Positions 1 through 11,800 of a stretch of DNA of 64,000 nucleotides are shown here, piece by piece. Each line of letters starts with the position of its first letter. Within the stretch, counting starts at the first letter, position 1. Position numbers and translations under genes: made by a program. The notes beneath the pieces were generated by a model. It was given only the letters and a program-made list of their open reading frames with translations, ran no database searches and was not told the origin of the DNA. This DNA comes from Antedon mediterranea (lineage: Eukaryota > Animalia > Echinodermata). The stretch is taken from positions 6,314,201 through 6,378,200 of the forward strand of contig NC_092670.1 in assembly GCF_964355755.1 (NCBI RefSeq), read 5' to 3'.

Positions 1-1754
1 ACACAAAATGAAACTGAGAAATATTAACTTTATACCGGGAAAAGAAATACAGTAACTGTTTAAAATTGTCTTGGAGCAGCACATATGCTTCCGGTCCATC
101 AGAGAATGATGCGTCATGGCTTTTGTACTTTTCTGTTTTTGTATTGCATAATGTTGTAGTCTCATAAAAACCCAATTTATTATGTATTAATTTGCAAATG
201 ATAAATCAAATTAAATGTTTATGTTGAAACTGTTGGCTACAGCCCTTTGTAATGCTGTACTGTGACACTTTCTATGTAAAATAAAATGCACAAGAAAAGT
301 TCATTCCTCTATGTTTTTGCTTATAAATAGCTCTAGAAGCTTATCTAATCTGTCTTTTATGTAATGTATGTTGATGGCAAGTTCTGGGCTGGTTCACCCT
401 GTTACAAAAGCCAGTTATTTATTAGATATAATCATTATTAGTTATAATTAGAGAACATCGTTAATACGAAAGGTCTCCATTTAACTGGAAGCTTCTATTA
501 ATTAATATTACGAATGAGCATTCTGTGTACTCTGTACTCTAGCCCTTGAATGCGTAAATTGAAAAGGTACAATTGATTTGCATTATATACTCAGAAAATC
601 TGAACTAGATTGAATTATTAAAATTAGACTCGTAACCTGAAGTGGTTATAGGATACGAGTAATAGAAAAGACCGTGAGGTCGTGACCCTAAACTAAAGTA
701 CTCAAAATAACGACAACGATCAAGAAGATGATGATTAAGTGATGGGTAAATTGAATAATGGATAATAATATTTGTACGACATTCAGTTGAGTACAATCCT
801 AGCCTGAAGTACGATTAGAAAACGACTTAGACAAGTTGCCGTGAGTGGATTAATGTATATGTTACCTCAAGATCAAGTTACGGTTTATGTAATAATATAA
901 TTCAATGCAATTTATAAATTTATGTACATTTAATCGGATGATACTTTAAGAATTTACATAAATAAATATTAAGAGAACTGCTCCCTGTTTAGGAGACACT
1001 TCTATTTAAGGGGACACTTTCAAATGAGATGAACAAGAGGAAAAAATAATGTTTCAATGGCCAAGCTCTATGTAGGGACACTGATATCCTATTGTTGAGT
1101 CCCGAAGGGCTACTGTATGTATATTTAATTGAATGATACTCAAGAATTTATATATGAATATATTTTCTTCCGAAGCAATGCAACGAAATTCATGTACTGT
1201 ATTATTTTTTTCTTTAAAACTCTCCAAATCACTAAATGTACCCATCAGTTGAAAGTTCACAACTAAATATTTATTTCTGCTTGCTGAGTAAATGTTCATA
1301 TTTTTTTTAGGTGCTTATTCGAATGTTGTGCTAATAGGAAAATATAAAAAAAACTTCAATTTTATAAGGTGACATCGATAATATTAATATCGAGTTAATT
1401 TTTTAATGAGTCCAGTTCTCATTGCTAATATAAAAATATTGTAGGCAAAGAAATAATAATAATATAATATTAATAATCACAATTAAGCTCAGGGCATTTA
1501 AATTTGAGTGGGATGATGAATTCCGGTAGGTCAGGAGGGTGAAGGAGAAAGAAAGGGGGTAGTGGAGAGGTATTTATGCAGACAGGTTGCGCTAACATTT
1601 CTGAACAAAAGCTGTTGTATGATAAATTTTTCTTGTGTACGCGTTTAGTTCAATGTCATCTTGCTCATTACTACAGCAGATCAATAAGTTATATTTTCAT
1701 AATTTAATTTCTACTTCACTTTTATGGTCGTTAAAAACGCATAAATGATAAATG

Positions 1755-1945
1755 ATATTTCCGGCGTTTCCAGTGTCATGCAAGTGTTGAATCAATGGCT
1801 TGTACTCTAACTTCATAAATAAAAAGTCACCAATTTTAAATTCATAGCTATTTTTACGCATCATTATTACAAACTATTAACAGGATGATCAGACAAAATA
1901 TTTAAAATGGCTGTCTGTATTCATGACATGAAACGCCAGAAATAT
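1755..1945. mobile_element. MITE relic
   Basis: Imperfect TIRs atatttccggcgtttccagtgtcatg / catgacatgaaacgccagaaatat. Confidence 0.5.
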
Positions 1946-2453
1946 ATTTATTTGTAAGCACCTCCTCCGTCACATTTTCACATTTTCACACTATTTCCTA
2001 AAAACTACAAAAAAAAAATGATTTATCTGATAAAACCATAATTTAACGGGGAAAAAAGGATTACCTATATTTTGTTGTTGTGAGATTGTGGGTATAAAAA
2101 TATGCTATCTAAATCGAGTACTGCAACTTAGTTTTGCACATTTTGTTGTTACACAGTACATCTATAAGTGAGCGAACACGTGAGGCTGATGTTGACTAAC
2201 CATGTTCAATCAATCTGTAGTGTGCACAATCAGCTATACTGTAGTTGTTCTATTCCAAATCCAAAATTGAAGCCCTGCCTTTTTTAATGGTTTAGGCTTT
2301 GACATAGCCGCTCGTTAACAGTAGGTGTGTTATAAAACAAATTATGAATGTTTTATATTTGTGAAATTATTTGAATCATTTCATTCATAAACATAGTTCA
2401 TCATAACACCTGTAAGATAAGGCAATTTGGAAACAGAAACTAATGAAACTGTA

Positions 2454-2663
2454 ATTGGTCAGATGTTTACACCACTCTGACATAATTTGTACTTTGTACT
2501 AACATTTAGAAAACTTTCCAGTTAGTAATTCTCGGGTGGAACTCGAACCCACAACCTCCAGTTTACTAGGCTGGCGTTCATACCTAGACCACCAAGCAAG
2601 TATTTTCGATGTACTTAGTATAAAGTACAAATTAAGTCAGAGTAGGAAAAATATCTGACCAAT
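2454..2663. mobile_element. MITE with about 48-bp TIRs enclosing a tRNA-like segment
   Basis: attggtcagat...tttgtactaa is inverted to ttagtataaagtac...atctgaccaat; the interior 2531-2597 (minus strand) has A-box and B-box-like motifs. Confidence 0.6.
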
Positions 2664-2749
2664 CACTCAACACCCTGATACAAAGCTACAATCACAAATG
2701 TAGGCATACTGTGTTATTTATGGTATTTTGCATACCGTATTTTACTTAC

Positions 2750-2896
2750 ATCCCATAAGATTTTGAAGTCCTTCTGTTCGATGCGAAGAAGCTCACTATA
2801 CTCGCATGTGACAACTGTTGCGTTTCTTGGTGAGTCATCCAAGACCGATTCCCCAAAAGCTGTGCCAACTCCGAGTGTGCATATTGACAGAGACTC
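2750..2896 (-). CDS. RAPGEF4: RAPGEF4 coding exon 4
   Basis: gtag|GAG TCT ... TGG GAT|gtaagt; phosphate-binding cassette [19 protein letters not shown]. Confidence 0.95.
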
Positions 2897-5800
2897 CTAC
2901 AGGAACAAAATGACGTATATCAAACTGTAATCATCAATCATATTAATAATAGCGCCATAAACGAAAGATGAAGTGGAGCAATTCTCTGGCATTTTGAAGC
3001 TCTTATCAGAGCTCGCTCAAACAGAATTCACAGGAGCTTGAGTGAAAAAGGCATTTGTCTATCTTATCCTACCAAAATAAAAGAAAATTATACTAGAAAG
3101 TTTTTTTTTTCTTTCTGTTACATAATGCACTATTTATGCCCCTCTAAGTTACAGTAGTATTATACATACATTGGTATTGGTGGGGCAAGGATTCAACCTG
3201 GGTCCATGAGAATTGGTAAACAAGCATACCCACCAAGCTATATTAGGCCTACAGTTATTCATTTTATTTATTTATTTATTTATTCTTTCTTTATTCTGCA
3301 AGCACTTTCAGTACTATAGTGCAATGATTTCCAAAGTGGTACAGTAATTGAAAATATAAAAAAAAAAACAAAGAGTAATTGAAATATACATTAAAAATAG
3401 CAATCAATTTTAAAAAGCAAAAAATTCAGTTAAAAATGTTGAGTACTAATTGTATTTTAGAATGAAGTTATTTATTTTCATGGTTACTTACACAATACAC
3501 AGTTCCATTTAAGTCTAGTGGCTTTAATATCTAGTGTTTATATTACTATTCTTCAAGTGAATGTTGAATAAATATCTATGACCTAGTTTAGAGCATTGGT
3601 GTATTAATCAAGAAAACAAAGTTATTTATAGTAACTTGTTCATACCATAATCTTGCAGCAGATTCAAACGATTTAAAGTCAGACATTTGATTGCCTTTAC
3701 AAAAGTTTTCATACTGTGACAATTTTCGAAGAATGAACATGCAGTATTTAGGTACATCTGACTTATCCAGTTGTATATTAAAGTAAACCTTCTAGTGCAT
3801 GTTAAACTTTATAGGTACACTCAGCTTTAAGTACCACTCTCAAAACTTCAGGTGCAATTTTAAGTTGCACTCAGTACAACTTAAAACTGCAGGAACAGGC
3901 TCAAACCCTAAGGTACAATTTTAAGTAAAACTCAAAATTTCAGGTACAACATTAATTAGCACTCAAAACAGGTAGAGTGCAGCAATAGTAAGAGCAGTCA
4001 CCATTTCAGACATAATTAAAAAAAACACTTCAGGTAAAATGTTCAATAGCACTCAGCAATTCGTTTAAAACTTTAAGTAGAACTCAAAACTTCAGATACA
4101 ACATTAAAAAGCACTGACAACTTCGTGTACAGTGACATTTTAAGTAACACTCAAAACTTCAGTTATAACTTTCAGTAGCGCTCAGCAATTCGTACAACTT
4201 TAAGTAGCACTCAAAACTTTTACAGAGCAATTTGAAATAGTACTCAAAACTTTATCAGACACTCATGTGCATGTGCCGTGTGTTCCACAAATTAGGAGTG
4301 GGTCCTGTGGGGTAGTGCTAGGTGAACATACTCCTTCTTTTGACAGGTAAAATGAATTTCTGAACTTTTCTTATTATTCTTTTAAGGCTAATAATATTAT
4401 ATGTTAAACTTTTTGTTTAAAAAAGTCTGGATCTACCTCTGGGCTAAACTCAATTCCACCATGGATAATTAAGCCTGGACTTGCCATTTCCAATCCTAAT
4501 GTGTTTAAATGTGTCCAGCTGTATGTGCTTTAAAATAAAGCGGAGGAGGGAAAAGTAAGCCAACGTCTTGTGATTCTACTTCTTTTCTCTTTACCTCACC
4601 TAGCCAAAGTTTATCTTTAAATCTGCAACTTGCATCCGGCTCAATTTCTTTGTTTGTTTTGTAGACAAATGAGGTCTTTGGCCGCGGTACTTCTCTTAAA
4701 GTCAGATTTAACTGTAGATTTTACTGATTCTGTGCATAAACCTGAATTATCTATCCTACGCTAGCACTAAAGCTTAAGTCTTTTAAGCTGAAACAAAATC
4801 TGCAAATGTGAATAAACTCACAAAATAAATCACTAACTAAAGCCTGATAATATAGATTAAAGACTGCTGACGATTGTGCACATCTAATATATTAATATGA
4901 TATTTCTATAACCACAAAATATCATAATTTGTTAAAATTTACAACAATATTATTGTAACGATACACAAATGTTATTGCTTTTATTGATCTTATATCATTT
5001 GATCAGAATTCAAATACAGTACATTTATTCTATACAGTAGTTAGACAGATTTAAATGAACGAAAAGATTTTTTGATTAAAACATATTTCATAATATATTT
5101 TATGATTTGGGTTGATTTGTAAGGTTTTCTGTTGATTTTAGGATTTGTGAATCTAAAAAACACAAGTCACACAAGTCACAAATCAATTTATTTGATCCAT
5201 AAAGAAAAAAAATACAAAGAAAAAAACCAGGGAGACTTCCATTAAGGCCAAAAGCCGCATGCATGGAAGCCACCCAAACATTTTAAATAATATATAATTC
5301 TGTTGACTGTAAAATGTTGAGCTATCCATAAATAAATATAAAATTAACAAAATCATATCAGGTCAGCTACAACCCATCTGTATATGTTTCAATTATAAAG
5401 CGCCTATGTATTTTAATATGATTCCTAAAATCATTCGACAATATGAAAATATTATTTCCTTTAAACGTGAACTTAAAGAATTTTTTTCCAGTTAATATTG
5501 TTTGTACTGTGTATATATATTTTTTATCTTTCAACGATTTTAACTTCTATATGAATTTTATATAATCATTGTAAATGTATAGACCTATATTATGTCATTT
5601 GAATATTTAATATTTTATGTGTTGTACTGTATGTTTGTTTTATCGAGGGCCCTAAATGATCAGTTTGAACTGGATAGGCTACCCTCAGTAAAGATGGTAA
5701 TAAATAAATAAAATAAATAAATTACATATAACAAGTTTGGATATAACATACATCATCATATGCTGAAATAAGATTATTTTTTAAATATGTAGAAAAATTT

Positions 5801-8800
5801 TAACAAATTATTTAATTGACTATTACCAATAGAAAAAAAAATCTTTTGTATATTACTGAACGGAAATACTGATATGTGATGTGAAATACTAATATTTAAA
5901 GAGGATCTAATTTAAGAATCTTGAATTCAAATACTATACCTTTTGATTTCCAGTTTCAGAGAAGTATACTTCCAACGCACCAGACAATACAGCGTACCAG
6001 TTAGTGCCAATATTTCCTTGTCGATATACTTTATTGCAGCATAAAAAAGTAAATAAAAGTTATTGTTAATGTTAAATTGTTTATAATTTCATTACTGATT
6101 CAACAGTGTAATACGCCAATTACATGACACAATCAATTATCTTGACGACGCTCTAAAAACTCGAAACTCTCCACAAAAATTATCTCATGCAGAGTATTAT
6201 AAGAGTTACAGCAAATTAAGAACATAAAAGCTTATTATATTAAATCCATTTAAATCTTGAAACTGCAATTGAATTGAGTAAACATTGTTATAAAGTAACA
6301 ATGTTACATTTTTACACAATAACAACAACATGTAATTGTAATAATGTTACATAATGCATGCCTAAGTCAACTCTCTTAATATCAGATTCTCTGAAAACTG
6401 GAAAATTCTGTTTAAAAAAACCCCTTTTTCTTGCATCCAGAAAGTCTCAAATTCAAATTTTCCATTAAAAACACATTTAACCAGACTTTCCAGAAAACCT
6501 TCTATATTTTAGGCCAGCCCAAGGGTTTCTGGTATTGGGAGAGCTGACCGTAAATTTAAAAATCGCCAAAATAAGTACTGATGAAGAATGACAATAAACG
6601 GAAAAGCTATCACATTTACTAATTTCCAGTGACATGAAGAAGCCACATGTACAATGTACTGTACATGCATGTCATTATAATTTGCATCATTAAGCAAATG
6701 GCTTTGAATCAAATAATAATTAATGAATTTAAAATTGATAATTAAATCAGCATTTCTGACTGACCAATAAGATTGTTTTACACAGAAAAGATTACAATCA
6801 AGATTGGATAGAGTCACCTACAGTACAAAATCTGATTTCTTCATTTGGCTATCTTATTTGATATTAAAATCTTTTTAATATACTGTAGATACAAGCATGC
6901 AATGTTATTGAAAAAATGTTATTGATTTAATCATTAACATTTTTTCAATAACAAAATCACTTTTTGCCACTGATTGCTATGGTGGGTTACCTGGGCCTAC
7001 ATACTGTATTGTGTGTTCATGTTTTGTTGCACTGATGAAGGGCTAGTGTTGCCCGAAAGTTCTGCTAACTTTTCTGGCTGTTTTAACTTATCGTTTTGAT
7101 TTAGCTTTTCGCTTTTTTTTTGTATTTCCATTGAGATCCAGCCACTGATACCTACAGCATTGTCATTTTTTCAGTAATTTGCCTTTGGATTCATGTTTTG
7201 TAATATATAATATAACGTCTTTACTCTGTAGCCAAATTTCAAGCAGCATTATCTTTTGGTGGAAATACAGTAGTCAGTAGCGTAATGCAGAGGACTGAGA
7301 ACCTTGGATCAGGGAGCCTAAAGTGGCCCTGCGACGTTGGAGGCCTTGGACGTGTTAAACATTTTTTAAAGCCTGTTGTTTCCTCTGGGCCCTGCTCAGG
7401 GGCCCCTGTATAAGCTCTGGGGCCTCTTGGTTAAACCAGTGAGAAAAAAAAAACAATGTTTGAAACAGAAACAAAAAACAATCAACATAATTCTAAGTAT
7501 TTAACATCGATTGTTGTGCCATGGTATCGTTTCATAATTTGGTAACTGTATAACGACTAATATCTCCATTTGCCTTGAACAGTTATTCAATTTTTGTTAT
7601 TTTGGTAGAGGTTATTTCAAGCTTTTTTGAAGAAAATTTAATGATAAGATGAAGCATGTAAAGAATGCGCCAATAAAAAACATTACCTAAATTACACGTT
7701 CTATTGATCATGCCGATAGCAAACCGCAACCCACGTTTATACTCTATTTTTGTTCAACTATTGATTGATATCATCATCTATTCATTTACACAAAAGGAAA
7801 ACGAAACAATGATTCTTACAGTCAGCTCAAATGCAGGGAAGAGAACAAGAGACAATATTAATATTGACGAGCTATTTATTACATTTGTTGTGCTTCAAGG
7901 AGAGAGCAGCAATTAGTGTATACCTCTTAATATTTATGCTAAATCTATCTATAGATCGTAAATTTATGGAGTACTAAATTACTAAGTAATTTATTGAGGT
8001 TACCACATTGTTAATAAGTGAATGTATCCTTAAGTATTAATCATTATTATGGTTAAATAAGGTCATTTTAAGATCTATGCCTATTATTTTAAGATTGACA
8101 GATACAATTGTAACATTCATAATATTATCATGTGTGTGCCTTTATTTATATTGATTTTTTGAATTTATAATCAAGGTTCTGGTTGGTTTGATATTTTGTT
8201 TTCTGTATTTGTTAGTAATATCTTGTTGTAGTTATGCCATATGTACTGTACTACTATACTGTAGCAAAAGATTAGCAGGGAGCATGGATACAATATTTTG
8301 CAAAGATTTAAGGGTAGGATTATGAACTTCGATACTAAATTTTAGGTTAGGTTTTTACTAACTGTACATTTAATATAGTTAATACTTTTGTTTTTATCTT
8401 TCAGGTGAGTAATCCACCTTTAATGCATTTGTGTGTATACATTTTTGAAGAGGAATAACATGGTCAGAAATGATATATACCGCATTGTATGTCTACCTCT
8501 TTCTGTTCACATGTCTAACAGATTGAGAGAGGCCTCTTGCGAGTCATAGAATCCGCACTTAAGGGGTTAATCCTTCTTGCTAGCAAATCATTTACTCGTG
8601 AGTAACCCAAGACGTGTGAACATGGTAAGGCAACGTGTTCACCAAGCAGTTAGCATCGTTGAAGCTCACCACACACCTGTGTAAAGATGGTGGTATAGCG
8701 TGCTAACACAAGGAAGTGGTTGGTGGGTGTTGTCCATTAATCATACTGCAGAGGGCTGAAATCATTTACAGGTCTCTCTTGGGATAGCACAGGCCATTAT

Positions 8801-11800
8801 CAGTTTGTCCAGCAAAGCTACAGTAGGTCTAAAATATCCTTAATGCGTGTTCTCATTTACAAGGTACTGTATTATAATATAATAATGTTTAGTATTATAA
8901 TTCAACAATTATTGGCTGTGAAAATTCTCGCATTTTTGCGTGACGAGCTGGTTCTACTTACAGGTAACACCAGCCTCCAAATCCTCGTAGTAGCCATAGT
9001 AACATATCTGACGCATGAGAGATGGATGGAACTTTTCAAAAGCTTTTACGCCCTTCAATCGTGAATAGATAATATCTAAATCTTCGCCAGTTCGATCATA
9101 CGGTCTGCAGGGAATAAAAGAATGAATAGTAGACATTATTGTGGCTATATAATTTGTTTTCTCATGTCTAAACAACATTACAATGTTAAACTGCTATAAA
9201 ATTTAATGTTTTGCTAGTGGTACGGGATTTCATATCTTCTGTACTGCATTTACAGTAAGTAAATATCTTTGTTTTAAAAATGACATGAACTTAAAACACA
9301 CTATACTTCAGTAAATCGTCAATAAAATATTGAATAATATGATGTAAAATAGTGAATGATGGAAAACAGGAGATTTACCTTGTTTAACCGCTTTTTTCTA
9401 CTTTTTATCATAAAATAACAGATTACTCATTAACATTGAGTGTATTCAGGCAAAACAGTGTAATAATCTTATTCATAATCTACAGTATACAACACTTTGA
9501 AAGAGCAGCTATTGTAGCTACTACGGACGGACACTTGTGTTATTATTGACAACGCATTAATTGTTGATGCATAAAAAGCAGCGTAGCTATTATATTCAGG
9601 TGTTGATATAGTTACCAGCTATTGTGTAATATGCATCTTGACATAATATCCAAGTTAATTGGTTACGTGCAATACTTTGTATCTAATAATAGCAACTATA
9701 GGTTTAATATAATATACAATGTATCTATTACCTATAGTGATCCCTCTTCTTATACAGTATCTGGTTATTAGGGCTTATTAAGGGTTCAAACAAGTCATTT
9801 CTCTACTGTACTGTTTTTTTAATCTTATATTAAATTACAGGATATATTGTTTTCCATGAATAATTTTGTAGAGTTTTTTTATGAGAAATCAGGCTGTGAT
9901 AAATACCATACTCTATTTTGTTATATATATAGGCTACTTTAAAACACACCTAAATCATTTGATTGGACGATTTGATTTGAATATTCTAATGGACAACGTC
10001 TTTTATATATTTGATTACCGCAATTTCATTTTGCAAGTTAATTTTTGTCAAAAAGTAAGCAACCATTGCAACACAGTCTATACTAAAAAAGTGGAAGTTG
10101 ATACAAAGTGATGTACTGTAGGTAGGCCTGGTATACGTACATTCTGAACCTCCAGTTTTAAAGGCCTTTCACACCTGTTCCGGCACGGTTCTGGTCCAGC
10201 GAATCAAATGCTATTGTTTCATTTTCACAACGCTCTGCGCGGCTATGCGCCAATAGATGCGTGTAGCCGCGTAAAAATGAAACATTGACAATCATTAGGA
10301 TTTTCCGGCGCTTGACCCGTGCCGGAACAGTGTGAAAGACCATTAAGTCTATCAGACAATATGTTCTACAATGCGGCTACCACCAGCTGTATGGTCGAGA
10401 AGAGCCTTGAACCTGTGTCAATTATACAGTTACCTTAACCAGCAGGCCACTCGACTCAACATATACAGATACCATAGTACTACAGTTAGTAGAGAAACTG
10501 TTATGTTGAATGATACAAAGAGAAATGCTCTCAACAAACTCAAAAACATCTTTAAGAATCTGCCAAACCTCTTATTCAAAGCAATGTCGTACAGTAAATA
10601 CCATCATCGTCGTAAACTACTCAAGCTATATAATCTCTTCACATTAGATTATCTAGTTTCATTACAGGTAAATAAATTTGATGTCTCTCCTGCTATCTAG
10701 CATTCAAATGTAGATTACCGTATGACAGAAACTAACACTATGTTAAAGCAGTCATTGCTATAGTCGGGTCAAAATATGATAATACAGGGCCTAACCCCAA
10801 ACAAATTGCAAGAAATGTTTTTTGATGTATTACAATAAAATATGGTTTAAAAAACTCAAATCAGACTACCGCAAATGCTTTATATCCACAATGTATCAAA
10901 GGTATAGTATAGTATAGTAACTTATTAATTAACAAAATGACCAGAGATAAATTAACCTGGAATTGTCTTGATTATTTATCATGTAATCAATCATGCATTA
11001 ATTACAAACCATAGGATATCAATTTGTATGAAACATTCTACAGTCTACTTGTACAATACATTTATAATAATTAATTGGCAGTGCTTATAAATATGCGCTT
11101 AATTCTCAGTCTAGTGACAAGCAACTACGGTACAAAGGGATGGGAGGGAGAGGGGGGCAGCTATGATTATTCATTTTTTTCTCTTGCTTTGTCTTTGAAA
11201 TGATTCTTCCACAAACTATGAAAAAAATGTGTGACATAATTGAAATTTTATAAATGTCCTTAATTTTAAATTACAGCAACACCTTCACAATTAGACCTAC
11301 TGTATTTGTGCTCTTATTTAAAGCAAGGCAATCTAACATCAGGACACTGAGCTCGCCTTGCCAAGATAGGAACTCATAAAAGTCCTTTGATCTTACAGTA
11401 GGTCTGGCTGCGACAAATACCAACAGTACTGTACTACTATGTACATATTATCCGTGGCGTGCTGAGTCTGTAGGGGTTTGAACTGATCATGGCACAGCCA
11501 CAGATAAACCCTTTGATCTCCGGAGCTCAGCATCCTGTTGTTAGATTGCCTTGTTTGAAGTTTTTAATTGCTAATTCCCAAATTTTTATTTTATTTGTTT
11601 GTACCTTAAGTAAGGGTGAGAAACATTAATCCTACAGGTATTAACCACAATGTCTTCTCACAAAGTCTATTTTATTACCATTTAACTATCTCCTTCCTAC
11701 TGACCCGGATCCTTTTCAGGGATATAATAATAATCAATAACATAATATCTTCATAATATGAAAAATCTTTCCTCTGATTTTATAGCTCAGAAAAACATGA

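Noticed and set aside
3800-4262. Repeat array superficially like CRISPR (also 52150-52318 and 53012-53222)
   Set aside because: Units are degenerate and contiguous with no unique spacers, there are no cas genes, and the context is a eukaryotic intron; these are minisatellites
6575-6610. CTGATGA...GAAA as another hammerhead
   Set aside because: No base-paired stem II between the core motifs
10158-10343. ORF as a candidate RAPGEF4 first exon
   Set aside because: It coincides exactly with a MITE; the exon matching Epac2 ([11 protein letters not shown]) is at 16316-16282
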